Origin: Bacillota bacterium
Lineage (GTDB): Bacteria > Bacillota > Dethiobacteria > DTU022 > PWGO01
Assembly: GCA_012518215.1 (NCBI GenBank)
Contig: JAAYSV010000041.1
Location: 30,931-94,930 of the forward strand
Length of the DNA stretch: 64,000 nt
Reading direction: 5' to 3'
The translations under genes and the position numbers were made by a program. Below, piece after piece: positions 9,787-20,438 of this stretch (position 1 is its first letter; the number at the start of each line of letters is the position of its first letter). The notes below the pieces were generated by a model that saw nothing but the letters and a program-made list of their open reading frames with translations, was not told the DNA's origin and made no database searches.

Positions 9787-10161
9787 TCAGCCGGCCTCTG
9801 CCATGCTTCTCGAGGCAACGATGTCCGTCCCCGTGCCCAGAACGTTCTTGATGATCACATCCCCCACCTTGACAGGCGCAGTTACCCTGACCTTGTTTAT
9901 CTCCTTCATACAATCAAAAATCATATCCTTGGGGATGGGGTGGTTCGTCCTGACGGGAAGCAGCCCCAGAGCTGCCCCCGTGATGGGCACGGTGGAACAT
10001 ATATTCCTGCGCGGATCGCGCATCTCCTCGATCCCGTATTTGATTCCCCGCTTGCAGGTGTGCCCTTCCACGGTGTAACCGCCTTCAGCCTCCCTGTTCT
10101 CCTCGACCAGCAACTTGCATCCTACCGGACAGACGATGCAGATGATCTCCTTCTTGCTCAT
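9787..10161 (-). CDS. DUF1667 CxxC metal-binding protein (partner of the GlpA-like oxidoreductase)
   Basis: ICIVCPVGC...GHTCKRG; overlaps the upstream gene. Confidence 0.85.
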   Translation of the reverse strand: MSKKEIICIVCPVGCKLLVEENREAEGGYTVEGHTCKRGIKYGIEEMRDPRRNICSTVPITGAALGLLPVRTNHPIPKDMIFDCMKEINKVRVTAPVKVGDVIIKNVLGTGTDIVASRSMAEAG

Positions 10162-11429
10162 TCTTCCGGCACCTCCTCGACCTCCACGGAGAGAACAGAA
10201 ACGTCCTTCAGCATGTCGGCCCGCAGGGGCATCATCTCCATCTCGCCGGGATAGATACGGATACCTTTCCTGGTCTTCAATATCCTCCCGTCTCCCTTCA
10301 GGATCAACCTCGCCTTCTTGTACATTCTGTCCACCCTGAACATGAGATCGATGCTCTCCCCGATCTTTGCCACATCGATGGTATGCGGCACAATATATTT
10401 TATACCGCGTTCCGGTCTGACCGTTATCTTCCGGCCGCCAGGTTCCCGCTCTCCGGATCCGGCCCTAACATAATCAGCTGCCGCCCGCCCCGCTATCCGG
10501 CTTTCCTCGGTTACAAAGTCAACGATGTCATGAACGTGGAGAACATTCCCGCAGGCAAAGATACCCTCGACGCTTGTCTCCCGGGACTCACTCACCACCG
10601 GCCCCCTGGACCCCCGATCCATCATCACGCCCGCCTTCAGGGAAAGTTCATTCTCCGGTATGAGCCCCACCGAAAGCAGAAGCGTGTCACATTCCATGAA
10701 TTCCTCCGTACCGGGCAGGGGCCTCTCCCTGTCATCAAGCTTGACCACCGTCACCCCTTCGACCCGTTCTTCCCCGGAAACGCTCGTTATCGTATGCTTC
10801 AACAGCAGGGGGATATTGTAATCGTGGAGGCACTGCACCACATTCCTGGTCAGCCCGCCCGGGTACGGCTTGCGCGCCATGATCGCCTTCACCTCGGCAC
10901 CTTCAAGCGCCAGCCGGCGGGCCATGATCAGCCCTATGTCGCCGGTACCCATGATAACCACCTTCTTGCCGACCATGTACCCCTCGATATTGATCAATTT
11001 CTGCGCGGCCCCCGCGGAGAAGATGCCCGCGGGTCTTGAACCCGGAAGGCCGATGGCCCCCCTTGTATTTTCACGGCACCCCATCGCCAGGATGATCGCC
11101 CTGGCTTTGATTGTCCTGAACCCATCCACGGGATTGACAAAGGAAACCTCTTTTTGCGGGGAGATATCCAGAACCATCGTGTCCGTCTTGCAAGGTATGG
11201 CCAACGCCTTTGCCTCGTCAATGAATCTTTCGGCATACTCCGGACCGGTCAATTCTTCCTTGAAGATGTGCAGTCCGAAACCATAATGGATACACTGTTG
11301 CAGTATCCCCCCCAGCTCGCTCTCCCTCTCCAGGATGAGGATGTCGTCGACACCGCTCCTTCTGGCCTCTATTGCCGCCGCAAGCCCCGCGGGGCCACCG
11401 CCAATAACGATGATCTCGTGATCGGTCAT
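10158..11429 (-). CDS. FAD/NAD(P)-dependent oxidoreductase (HcnB/thioredoxin-reductase-like)
   Basis: GGGPAGLAAA, GGILQQCIHYGFG, LAMGCRE, FACGNVLHVHD. Confidence 0.88.
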   Translation of the reverse strand: MTDHEIIVIGGGPAGLAAAIEARRSGVDDILILERESELGGILQQCIHYGFGLHIFKEELTGPEYAERFIDEAKALAIPCKTDTMVLDISPQKEVSFVNPVDGFRTIKARAIILAMGCRENTRGAIGLPGSRPAGIFSAGAAQKLINIEGYMVGKKVVIMGTGDIGLIMARRLALEGAEVKAIMARKPYPGGLTRNVVQCLHDYNIPLLLKHTITSVSGEERVEGVTVVKLDDRERPLPGTEEFMECDTLLLSVGLIPENELSLKAGVMMDRGSRGPVVSESRETSVEGIFACGNVLHVHDIVDFVTEESRIAGRAAADYVRAGSGEREPGGRKITVRPERGIKYIVPHTIDVAKIGESIDLMFRVDRMYKKARLILKGDGRILKTRKGIRIYPGEMEMMPLRADMLKDVSVLSVEVEEVPEE

Positions 11430-12886
11430 CGTCTTCCCTCCTCGGGTATCCCCTTTTTTGTGGTTCCGGTCAGTACCCGGGAATCCTTGCCCTTCTTGAC
11501 CACATCCAGAACGCTTATCTGCAGCTCGCGCGAGAGAATCTCCATGGTCCGGGAACTGCAGAAACCTCCCTGGCAGCGGCCCATCCCCGGCCTGACCCGC
11601 CGTTTGATCCCATCCAGGGAAGTGGCCCCCGCTTTTCTTCTGATCGCATCCACGATCTCCCCCTCGGTGACCTGCTCACAGCGGCAGACGATCCTTCCGT
11701 AGAGCGGATCCTTTTTTATCAGAGCCGCCTTCTCCTCGGGGCTCAGGGCGCTGAACCTGATCACCTTCCGGCGCCGGGGGTTGAAGTCCTCCTTCTCCTC
11801 CAGCCCGCCGGTGATCTCTTTCATGATCTCCACGATATGAAGGGCGATGGCCGGAGCCGAAGTCAGCCCCGGGGATTCGATGCCGGCCACATTGATGAAC
11901 CCTTTGACCCGGTCGGAGGCACCGATGATAAAATCGCCGCCATCCGGGGTAGCCCTCAAACCCGTGAATTGTGTGATACATTGATTGAATGGAATGCGCG
12001 AACATGTTTTCGCCGCCTCCGCCCTGACATAATCAAGCCGGGCACGGGTAGTGGCGAAATTTGTCTTCTCATCGACATCCTCGGAATCCGGGCCCACGAG
12101 GAGGTTGCCATGCACGGTGGGCAGAACGAGCACCCCCTTGCCCATCTTACCGGGGCACTGAAAGATGGGCATGCTCACCAGGTTGCCCGCGGTCTTGTCC
12201 AGCACAAAATACTGCCCCCGGCGTGGGGTTATCCTGAAATCGGACTCGGTGACCATCCCGTAGATCTCATCGGCATGCAGCCCGGCACAATTGATTATAT
12301 ACCGAGTCTTGAAAACACCATCGTTGGTGATAACCTTGAATTCATCCCCAATTTTCTGTATATCTTCAACCTGCCGATTAAGGAAAAGTTGAGCCCCGTT
12401 CTCCAGGGCATTTTCGGTGAGAGCCACGGTCAATTCAAAGGGGCAAACTATGCCACAGTCCGGAGCCAGGAGCGCCCCGACCACCGTGTCATTGAGGTTG
12501 GGCTCAAGTTCTGCAACCTCCTCCGCATCGAGGATGCGGAGCCGCTTGACCCCGTTGGCCATACCGCGATCGTAGAGGTCCTGCAGAACTTGCAATTCTT
12601 CATCATTGAAAGCAACAACCATGGATCCCGTTCTCTTGAAAGGCACATCCAGTTCCTCGGAAAGCCGATCGAACAGGGGGTTGCCGAGAACATTGAATCT
12701 GGCCTTCAATGTTCCGGGTACGGGGTCGTAACCGCAGTGCACTATGGCACTGTTCGCCTTGGTCGTCCCCTCGGCCACATCATTGTTTTTTTCCAGAATG
12801 GCGATCTTGAGCTTGTATCTTGATAATTCTCTTGCCACGGAGGCACCCGATATACCCGCGCCGATCACAATTACATCATAGAGCAT
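11426..12886 (-). CDS. FAD-dependent oxidoreductase with BFD-like [2Fe-2S] domain (GlpA/LhgO family, probable glycerol-3-phosphate dehydrogenase)
   Basis: VIGAGISG, TTKANSAIVH, GIESPGLT, C-terminal VCRCE...GRCQGGFC; start reassigned to ATG at 12886. Confidence 0.88.
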   Translation of the reverse strand: MLYDVIVIGAGISGASVARELSRYKLKIAILEKNNDVAEGTTKANSAIVHCGYDPVPGTLKARFNVLGNPLFDRLSEELDVPFKRTGSMVVAFNDEELQVLQDLYDRGMANGVKRLRILDAEEVAELEPNLNDTVVGALLAPDCGIVCPFELTVALTENALENGAQLFLNRQVEDIQKIGDEFKVITNDGVFKTRYIINCAGLHADEIYGMVTESDFRITPRRGQYFVLDKTAGNLVSMPIFQCPGKMGKGVLVLPTVHGNLLVGPDSEDVDEKTNFATTRARLDYVRAEAAKTCSRIPFNQCITQFTGLRATPDGGDFIIGASDRVKGFINVAGIESPGLTSAPAIALHIVEIMKEITGGLEEKEDFNPRRRKVIRFSALSPEEKAALIKKDPLYGRIVCRCEQVTEGEIVDAIRRKAGATSLDGIKRRVRPGMGRCQGGFCSSRTMEILSRELQISVLDVVKKGKDSRVLTGTTKKGIPEEGRR

Positions 12887-13057
12887 GGCTGCAATCACCT
12901 TTCCTGCCTCGATGCAGGGGGGAGAAAGCGGAATATTTATCTCCCGGGAGATCCCATCTTCAAGGCTTCGGGAATGAAGGAGCAATCCTACAGATCGAGG
13001 AATTTTTCAACAATTATGACCAATTTAACGACATCCAACACAGGTTTCTCAAAAATA

Positions 13058-13086
13058 ATTATAACAACCCTCAAATCCAGTGTCAA
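13058..13086 (-). promoter_or_regulatory. Consensus sigma-A promoter for the oxidoreductase operon
   Basis: TTGACA-17 bp-TATAAT with extended -10 TG on minus. Confidence 0.85.
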
Positions 13087-13475
13087 TTGATACAACGCGG
13101 TGCAGACCCCCTACCGGGGAGCCGTGGGGGGGCCAACTTGAAAAACGTCTTCACCGCCATGACCACCAACTTGCCTATCATCATCCCTGCCATGGAAGTA
13201 AATGAACTCCGGCAGAAAAATTACTGTTTGTTGTTGAAAAACTCTGGTTCCTGTTCCGGTATCAAGAAGAAATAGTTTCCGTTTGCCGTGGTGCGGGTAA
13301 CGCGTGGAAATTCAGAGGAAGCCCTGTTTATGCAAGTCTTCCACTCTTGGATAGCTTTCAGGTACTGAAGAAAATGGTTTTTTCCCGATCGAAAGGAAAA
13401 ATGAAGGGATTTTACTCACTTTTCCCGAATTTATCAATGTTGTAACAATAGCGCTAATAACATAACACCGAGGTA

Positions 13476-14435
13476 ATGGCTGTGCAAGTCGTTCACAACA
13501 ATGCTGAAACCTTCGATCAACCAAATTGTATCGTGGTCTCCGGTCTGCAGAAGAGCTACGGCCCGGTAAAAGCCGTGAATGGAATTGACTTTACCGTGAA
13601 AAGGGGCGAGATCTTCGGAATGCTGGGTCCCAATGGCGCCGGAAAAAGCACCACCGTGGAAATCCTCGCCGGCCTACGTCAGCGCGATGCCGGCAGGGTA
13701 ACGGTGTTGGACATGGACCCGGGTACCGGCAGTAGCAAGCTGAAATCCAGGATTGGCATGCAGCTCCAGAGTGTGTCCCTTTATCCGCGACTCAAGGTGA
13801 CCGAGATTCTCCGGTTGTTTGCCAGTTTCTACCGCCATCCCCTGTCCCCCGCCGAGGTACTCAAACGAGTTGATCTTGTAGACAAAGCCGCAAGCTTGAC
13901 CAATACATTGTCGGGCGGTCAGTCCCAACGCCTCGCCATAGCCATCGCCATGATCGGTGATGGGGAACTGCTATTCCTTGACGAGCCGACCACGGGGCTC
14001 GATCCGCAGGCCAGGCGTCTCCTCTGGGAGGTCATCGCCACTCTGAAACAAGAAGGCAAGACGGTGGTGCTTACCACCCATTACATGGAGGAGGCCGAAT
14101 ATCTTTGCGACCGGGTGGCGGTCATCGATTTCGGCCGCATCATCGCCCTGGGCAGCCCCTCGGAACTGATTGCCGCGCAATTTCAAGAACAGGCCATTGA
14201 ATTCGACGCCCCCGGGTTCTCCGGCGAGGACGAACTTCATCAACTGGACGGGGTAAAGCGGGCCGAAAGCAACGGAGACACCGTCACCCTTTACACCACC
14301 GATGCAATCCGAACCATGGAAGCTGTTCTGTCCCTGGCTGCCGCCAGGGGCATAGACGTGCAAAACTTTACCGTGCGGCGGGCTACCCTGGAAGATCTTT
14401 TTCTGAAACTGACCGGAAGGAGGATCAGGGAATGA
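13476..14435 (+). CDS. ABC exporter ATP-binding protein
   Basis: GPNGAGKS, LSGGQ, LFLDEPTTGLD, TTH. Confidence 0.95.
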   Translation: MAVQVVHNNAETFDQPNCIVVSGLQKSYGPVKAVNGIDFTVKRGEIFGMLGPNGAGKSTTVEILAGLRQRDAGRVTVLDMDPGTGSSKLKSRIGMQLQSVSLYPRLKVTEILRLFASFYRHPLSPAEVLKRVDLVDKAASLTNTLSGGQSQRLAIAIAMIGDGELLFLDEPTTGLDPQARRLLWEVIATLKQEGKTVVLTTHYMEEAEYLCDRVAVIDFGRIIALGSPSELIAAQFQEQAIEFDAPGFSGEDELHQLDGVKRAESNGDTVTLYTTDAIRTMEAVLSLAAARGIDVQNFTVRRATLEDLFLKLTGRRIRE

Positions 14436-15514
14436 AAACCTACCTTGAACTGGTCAGGGCCACCGCCAAAAATATGTTCAGGGATCGCATGGTTCTATTC
14501 TGGTTCCTGGCTTTCCCACTCCTGTTCATCTTGCTTTTCGGTACCATCTTCTCCGATGATACCGTTATCGCCGATTTTCCCATCGGCCTGGTTGGGGATG
14601 ATGGCGAGGTCAGCCGCGCCCTGTATCTGGCCCTCGATCAAACGGATGCATTTACCGTCCACGTCGGCTCCAGGGAAGGCGAGCTGGAAGCATTGCAGGA
14701 TGGATCCCGGCAACTGGTCATCCTGCTTCCTCCCGATCCCGATACCCTCCTGTCCCGGGGAGAACAGCTCGAGATCACTTTTTACTACGATGAACACAAT
14801 CAGGCTGTGAACCGGGTCCTCGTTTCCTCGGTCAGCGAGATACTCCAGGAAATTGAACGGGGTATGACCGGAAGGCCGCGGGTATTCATCATCAGCACCG
14901 AGGCTGTCCAGGCCGACAATCTGCGGGCGGTCGATTTCCTGATTCCCGGTGTTCTGGCCATGGCCCTGATGCAGCTCGGACTCTTTGGTTCGCTGCATAT
15001 CGTGGGACTCCGTGAACGCAAGGTGTTGCGCCAGCTCAACGTGACCCCCTTGCCCAGGGGCCTTCTGATTGCCAGTGAAATCACCGTGCGTCTCTTTCTG
15101 GCCATGATCCAGACCGTGCTGATCCTGGTCATAGGCCACCTGTTTTACAAGGTCAATATAGTGGGCAACTGGCCGGCACTCATCGGTATCGTCATCCTGG
15201 GGGCAGCGGTGTTTGTCAGTTTCGGATACATGTTGACCTGCTTCGTCAAATCGGAGGAGAGCGGCAACGGCGTCATCCAGCTGGTGCAGTTTCCGATGAT
15301 GTTCCTCTCCGGCATCTTCTTCCCCATAGAGGTGATGCCGGATTTCATCAAACCGATCATGAAGGCAATACCCCTTACCTATCTGGCCGATCTTCTTCGC
15401 CACCAGATCACCGGTCAGGTTCCGCTGCATACCCCGGCTACCAATCTGGCCGTCCTGGGGGGATGGCTGGTCGTCTCCCTGCTCGTGGCCATCCGTTTCT
15501 TCCGTTGGGAATAA
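14432..15514 (+). CDS. ABC-2 type permease
   Basis: Six-TM pattern with extracellular loop; FLSGIFFP...PLTY; overlaps the ATPase stop. Confidence 0.92.
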   Translation: MKTYLELVRATAKNMFRDRMVLFWFLAFPLLFILLFGTIFSDDTVIADFPIGLVGDDGEVSRALYLALDQTDAFTVHVGSREGELEALQDGSRQLVILLPPDPDTLLSRGEQLEITFYYDEHNQAVNRVLVSSVSEILQEIERGMTGRPRVFIISTEAVQADNLRAVDFLIPGVLAMALMQLGLFGSLHIVGLRERKVLRQLNVTPLPRGLLIASEITVRLFLAMIQTVLILVIGHLFYKVNIVGNWPALIGIVILGAAVFVSFGYMLTCFVKSEESGNGVIQLVQFPMMFLSGIFFPIEVMPDFIKPIMKAIPLTYLADLLRHQITGQVPLHTPATNLAVLGGWLVVSLLVAIRFFRWE

Positions 15515-15556
15515 AAATTTCGGAAAATACCGGTCAGAAGGTGTTGTCCGGACAAA

Positions 15557-16924
15557 TCATGTTTCCGTGTTTTCTTTCCAGAAGCGCAGGATGATCATGC
15601 CCACCAGGGCCACGGCAAGAATGCCTGCAAATGCCAGCAGGGTCTTCCCCAGGGACCAACCCCAGAGGACGGGGGCGTTGATCAGCAGCATGGAAACGAG
15701 GATAACCGGAGCACTGAAAATATTCATGATCCCCAGTTCCAATGCCGTGCCGGTCCTGAACTCGGGATCGACGATGCGCAGGAGCAGCAGGCCGGTTGAG
15801 ACCGTCCCCGTGCAGGTGCCGAATATGGCCATCGTGCGCTCAAGGCTGTTCCGGCGCAGGCGGCCGCCCAGATAGAAGATGACCGCCATCGTGGCCGCGG
15901 TAACCAGAGCAACCGTGATCAGTATGGGCACTATGAACTCCCTGACCACCACCAGCTGTATCGCCATGGTGGTGGCCACGATCAGAAAGTCCACCGCCCA
16001 ACCGGTAACGCGGCGCTGAACTCCCTCATCGATGATATGATCAACCTGGAGCGGTGACATCAATGTCCTCAGAAGCAGGGCCAGCAGCAGACCCGCGAAA
16101 AAGAAGAAACCCCAGAGCATATCGGCCATTTCCGGGCCGAGCAGGCCCCCCACAAATTTTATGAGATGATAAGCGAGGATATAAACCAGCCCCACCAGGG
16201 CAAAATGCAGTGCCAGGCTATCCACATTGCCGGCGTGGGCTGTCTGGAAACCGGCCGGTTCTTTCCTCTCCCCCTTGCTGACCAGCCCCCTGAAAAAATC
16301 CCGGGAGAGCGCCTGTGGTACATACTGCGACCGCCCCTTGCGGATACCCCGATTGGCGAGGGGAACGCCCAGGAAGAAACAGACCATGAATCCTGCAGCC
16401 GCGAAGGTCAGGCCGATGGTAGCCGCAAACTGAAACCCGGCCCCCTCCCACACCTTGCCGATGGAGAGCGCCTGCCCCGGCCCCTCCGTGAAACCGAGAG
16501 CTGCCAGAAACCCGAAAGTGGAAAACAGGTCGTAACGGAAAATATTCAGGACAAGCACCACCAGACCCCCGATGATCGCCTGCAGCGGCCAGGAGATTCC
16601 CTGAACCAGCGCCATCCAGACCGCCCCCCTGACCCTATCCTTGCCTCCACCCGGCGCCGCTGCAACCTGTTCCCCCGGAGTGAGCCCCAGGGAAATGAAG
16701 GAAATATTGAAGAGATGGTAAGCGAAACCTTCCAGCATGTTTACCGGAACATCGATAACATTGTAATGCATCAGGACCAGCCCCAACACGCCGCCGATAA
16801 GACAGCTGGGAAATAGAAACCTCTGCAAGAAGGGGACCGTGGCGCGGAGCAAGGTCCCCGCCAGCAACATGATGCTGAGCCACCCGAAACACAACAGGAG
16901 TTCGAAAGGAAAGGGTATGTTCAT
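15557..16924 (-). CDS. Sodium/glutamate symporter (GltS family)
   Basis: PSCLIGG, GFTEGPGQA, FGTCTGTVSTGLLLLRIVDP. Confidence 0.85.
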   Translation of the reverse strand: MNIPFPFELLLCFGWLSIMLLAGTLLRATVPFLQRFLFPSCLIGGVLGLVLMHYNVIDVPVNMLEGFAYHLFNISFISLGLTPGEQVAAAPGGGKDRVRGAVWMALVQGISWPLQAIIGGLVVLVLNIFRYDLFSTFGFLAALGFTEGPGQALSIGKVWEGAGFQFAATIGLTFAAAGFMVCFFLGVPLANRGIRKGRSQYVPQALSRDFFRGLVSKGERKEPAGFQTAHAGNVDSLALHFALVGLVYILAYHLIKFVGGLLGPEMADMLWGFFFFAGLLLALLLRTLMSPLQVDHIIDEGVQRRVTGWAVDFLIVATTMAIQLVVVREFIVPILITVALVTAATMAVIFYLGGRLRRNSLERTMAIFGTCTGTVSTGLLLLRIVDPEFRTGTALELGIMNIFSAPVILVSMLLINAPVLWGWSLGKTLLAFAGILAVALVGMIILRFWKENTET

Positions 16925-17251
16925 CTACATTCCTCCGCCCGGGAGAGGTGAAACAAACTCCGCTCCCATCGATATGGTAGACACCACCGGGCACCTGGAT
17001 GTGTCATTCCCGGATAGTATCCCCAGAAAATTATACCAAATATCCAGAAAACGGGTCAATCACAACAAATTTATGTTCTGACCACTTATTTTGAATTTCA
17101 GGGCCGGCAATTGGGACGGCCAAGAAGTAAAACCACGAAAAACCCAATTCCGGGGGATAAGAGGCCGATATTGCTGCATATTACCCTGTACATGGCCTGC
17201 CTTCCTGCGCCGCCGGGATTGTTCCCCGGCCGGGCCCGCTGTATAATGGGG

Positions 17252-17276
17252 AATAGGGTAGGGGGGTATAGTATAT
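17252..17276 (+). promoter_or_regulatory. CsoR-type operator
   Basis: AATAGGGTAGGGGGGTATAGTAT: G-tract flanked by ATA/TAT, just downstream of TATAAT and upstream of csoR. Confidence 0.6.
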
Positions 17277-17291
17277 TTGCAAGTTGAGGTG

Positions 17292-17612
17292 ATGGTAGTG
17301 GAGAAGATTGAAGAGAGCTGTCATGACGGGAAAAAAAAGAGAAGCTGGCAGGACGAGAAGGCAGTCCGGCAGCTCGTTGTAAGGCTCAACCGCATTGAAG
17401 GGCAGGTGCGGGGGATCAGAAAGATGATCGAAGATGAAGCATACTGCGATGATATTTTGAACCAGATCGCTTCGGCCAAATCCGCCATCGATGGTGTAGC
17501 CAGATTGTTGCTGGAAAAGCACATGAAGTCCTGTATCAGGGATCAACTCATGGAAGGCGATGAACGTGTTTTCGATGAGCTGCTGAAGACGATCTCCCGG
17601 ATGATAAGGTAA
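17292..17612 (+). CDS. csoR: Copper-sensing repressor CsoR
   Basis: RLNRIEGQVRGI, YCDDILNQI, HMKSC (C-H-C ligands). Confidence 0.92.
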   Translation: MVVEKIEESCHDGKKKRSWQDEKAVRQLVVRLNRIEGQVRGIRKMIEDEAYCDDILNQIASAKSAIDGVARLLLEKHMKSCIRDQLMEGDERVFDELLKTISRMIR

Positions 17613-17636
17613 GTTGAGAGAAGGAGGAAGCAAGCG

Positions 17637-20066
17637 ATGACAACTGAAGTTATGGACCAAAGAAACAATCAGACGACCATAACCATTCCCATCACAGGAA
17701 TGAATTGTGCCGCCTGTTCCGCCAGGGTGGAAAAAGGATTGCTCTCGTTGCCCGGAATTTCTTCTGCAAACGTCAATCCGCTGGCGGGAAAGGGCACCAT
17801 AAACTACGATCCAGGCAAAATTGAACCCCGAAAGATGGTGGAACGAGTCGCTGAACTGGGTTTCGGGGTTCCGGCCGCACAACAGGAATTGCTGATTTCC
17901 GGGATGTCATGCACGGCATGTTCTGCACGGGTCGAGGGCAGGCTGAACTCCCTGCCCGGTGTGCAGGAGACCGCTGTCAATCTGGCCACAGGCAGAACCA
18001 GGGTCGCCTATATTCCCGGGATGACCAGCGCTGCAGAGATGGAAAGAGCGGTGAAAGAACTGGGCTTCACCGTCCATCTGCCCCAGGATCTTGCCTCCGG
18101 CGAGGTAACAGGAGCCAGGAAGAGGGAAAGAAACCAACAACTGTTCAGGTTCATCCTGGCGGTTATCCTCACCCTCCCCCTGGCGGCGATGATGATCTCC
18201 TCGCATCTGGGACTGTCCTTCAAAATCGACCCCTGGGTGCAGCTGGCCCTGGCCACACCGGTTCAATTCCTCGCCGGTTGGACCTTCTATTCCGGGGCCT
18301 ACCGCTCCCTCAAAACCGGCGGTGCAAACATGGATGTCCTGGTGTCGCTGGGTACATCGGTGGCCTATTTCTACAGTCTGGCCTCTTTGATAGCCGGCTG
18401 GGGGCACATTTACTTCGAATCCGCAGCCATGCTCATCACCATCATCCTGCTGGGCAAATTGCTGGAGACCGTGGCCAAGGGAAGAACCTCGGAGGCCATC
18501 GAAAAGTTGATAGAACTGCAGGCCAAAACAGCCCGCGTGCTCCGTGACGGTGTGGAGACAGATATACCCGCGGATCGCGTCTTGCCCGGTGATCTGGTCG
18601 TGGTACGCCCGGGAGAGAGGGTCCCCGTGGACGGGGTTATCGAGGAAGGAAACACCACCATCGATGAATCGCACCTTACCGGCGAGAGCATGCCGGTAGG
18701 CAAGAATCCCGGCGATGAAGTCGTCGGCGCCTCCATCAACAATTACGGCAGCTTCACTTTTCGGGCCACCAAGGTGGGGCAGGACACGGTCCTGGCACAG
18801 ATCATCCGCCTGGTGGAGGAAGCGCAGGGCACCAAGGCCCCGATCCAGCGCCTGGCCGACCGGGTTTCCAACGTTTTTGTTCCGGCCATAATAGCCATCG
18901 CCCTGATCACCTTCGTCGGTTGGTACATCAGCGGGGCAGGTTTCGAAAATTCCCTGATGCACATGGTCACCGTTCTGGTCGTGGCCTGCCCCTGTGCACT
19001 CGGGCTGGCCACCCCCACGGCCATCATGGTGGGAACGGGCGTGGGTGCGGGGAAGGGCATTCTCATCAGGGGCGGGGAACACCTGGAGCGGACAGAGAAA
19101 ATCGATACCGTCGTCCTGGACAAGACGGGGACCATCACCCGGGGCTCCCCGGCGGTAACGGATATTGCCGCCCTGGCCCCCTTCACTGAAGAAGAACTTC
19201 TGGGCATCATCGCTTCCGGGGAAAAAAGATCGGAACACCCCCTGGGGCAGGCCGTGGTCATGGAAGCGGAAAGAAGGGGGATCCCGCCGGAAGAGGTCGA
19301 TAATTTCGAGGCTCTGCCCGGGAAGGGGATCAGGTTCGATCTGGGTGGCAACTCCTGGCTGATCGGCAACGAGAAGCTGTCCGATGAAGCTGGCATCGAT
19401 ATCTCCCCGCTGCTTCAAGAGAAAAATCGCTGGGAAGGAGAGGGCAAAACGGTGATGATGGCCATGAGAAAAGACTGCCTCTGCGGGATGCTGGCCCTGG
19501 CCGACACGGCCAAGGAGAGCGCCACCGGGGCCATTGCCGAGTTGCAGCAGATGGGCCTGGATCTTTACATGCTCACCGGTGACCAGAAAAACACGGCCCG
19601 CTCCATCGCCAGACAGGTAGGAATAACCAATGTCATTGCCGAAGTATTACCGCAGCACAAAGCCGAGGAAGTGCAGAAGCTAAAAGATGCCGGACACGTG
19701 GTGGCCATGGTCGGCGACGGGATCAACGATGCACCCGCCCTGGCCACGGCCGATGTGGGAATGGCCATCGGCACCGGGACGGATATAGCCATGGAAAGCG
19801 CCTCCATCACCCTGGTGAAAGGCGATCTGCGGAAAATCGCTTCCGCGATCCGCCTCTCGCGGCGCACCCTGCGCAAGATCAGGCAGAACCTTTTCTGGGC
19901 TTTTTTCTACAACCTGATCACCGTGCCCCTGGCCATCTTCGGTATTTTCACGCCCGTTGTTGGCGGTGCGGCGATGGCCCTGAGTTCGGTGACGGTGGTG
20001 ACCAATTCGCTGTTTCTGAAACGCTACGATCCGGATCGGACCGGGCAGAGTATCGGCAAAAAATGA
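17637..20066 (+). CDS. copA: Copper-exporting P1B-type ATPase
   Basis: Two GMxCxxC domains, TGES, CPC, DKTGT, EHP, GDGINDAP, YN and MALSS. Confidence 0.96.
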   Translation: MTTEVMDQRNNQTTITIPITGMNCAACSARVEKGLLSLPGISSANVNPLAGKGTINYDPGKIEPRKMVERVAELGFGVPAAQQELLISGMSCTACSARVEGRLNSLPGVQETAVNLATGRTRVAYIPGMTSAAEMERAVKELGFTVHLPQDLASGEVTGARKRERNQQLFRFILAVILTLPLAAMMISSHLGLSFKIDPWVQLALATPVQFLAGWTFYSGAYRSLKTGGANMDVLVSLGTSVAYFYSLASLIAGWGHIYFESAAMLITIILLGKLLETVAKGRTSEAIEKLIELQAKTARVLRDGVETDIPADRVLPGDLVVVRPGERVPVDGVIEEGNTTIDESHLTGESMPVGKNPGDEVVGASINNYGSFTFRATKVGQDTVLAQIIRLVEEAQGTKAPIQRLADRVSNVFVPAIIAIALITFVGWYISGAGFENSLMHMVTVLVVACPCALGLATPTAIMVGTGVGAGKGILIRGGEHLERTEKIDTVVLDKTGTITRGSPAVTDIAALAPFTEEELLGIIASGEKRSEHPLGQAVVMEAERRGIPPEEVDNFEALPGKGIRFDLGGNSWLIGNEKLSDEAGIDISPLLQEKNRWEGEGKTVMMAMRKDCLCGMLALADTAKESATGAIAELQQMGLDLYMLTGDQKNTARSIARQVGITNVIAEVLPQHKAEEVQKLKDAGHVVAMVGDGINDAPALATADVGMAIGTGTDIAMESASITLVKGDLRKIASAIRLSRRTLRKIRQNLFWAFFYNLITVPLAIFGIFTPVVGGAAMALSSVTVVTNSLFLKRYDPDRTGQSIGKK

Positions 20067-20219
20067 ATATTCCGTGGATAAACTCCTGCGGTGCAGGAGC
20101 ACGAGGTGCCAGATACACTCAAGGCTACCTGAAGTACCGGACCCCGGGGCTTTGTCCCTGGATCATGACATGGTCCAGGGTAAATAATATCATTCAATGG
20201 ACAGAAAGGAGTGCTGCCG

Positions 20220-20438
20220 ATGCTGGATCTATACATAAAGGATGGCTGTCCCCATTGCCGCGGACAGATCGAACAGCTGGAAAAGGAAGGTCTTTCCTAC
20301 CGGCTGCACAATGTTTCCCATGACCACGATGCCCTGAAAAAAGTAAAAGAAATTTACAACGCCAACAAGGTGCCCGTGCTCGTGAAGGGTGAAACGGTCC
20401 AATCGATCGGCTATCTGGGCAAGGGTTGAGGTATCTGA
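20220..20438 (+). CDS. Glutaredoxin-like protein with probable C-terminal selenocysteine (Uxx-star type)
   Basis: GAAAGGAG RBS, ATG at 20220, CPHC, KVPV; ends GYLGKG-TGA-GGT-ATC-TGA with a hairpin directly after. Confidence 0.8.

Noticed and set aside
12887-12985. N-terminal extensions in the ORF track (also pgi, glyA, sua5, the sigG-like gene, rpmE, PBP)
   Set aside because: Internal starts coincide with the family N-termini, usually with a good RBS; the extensions are not treated as novel domains.
13100-13360. Possible small gene or pseudogene between the divergent operons
   Set aside because: Only short frames with no recognisable motif; cannot be supported.
17907-19418. 503-aa antisense ORF, and similar long shadows (4522-5478, 11837-12823, 30843-31901, 45615-46730, 50194-51327)
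   Set aside because: Each lies opposite a well-identified gene, has no motifs, and is expected from codon bias in moderately GC-rich DNA.
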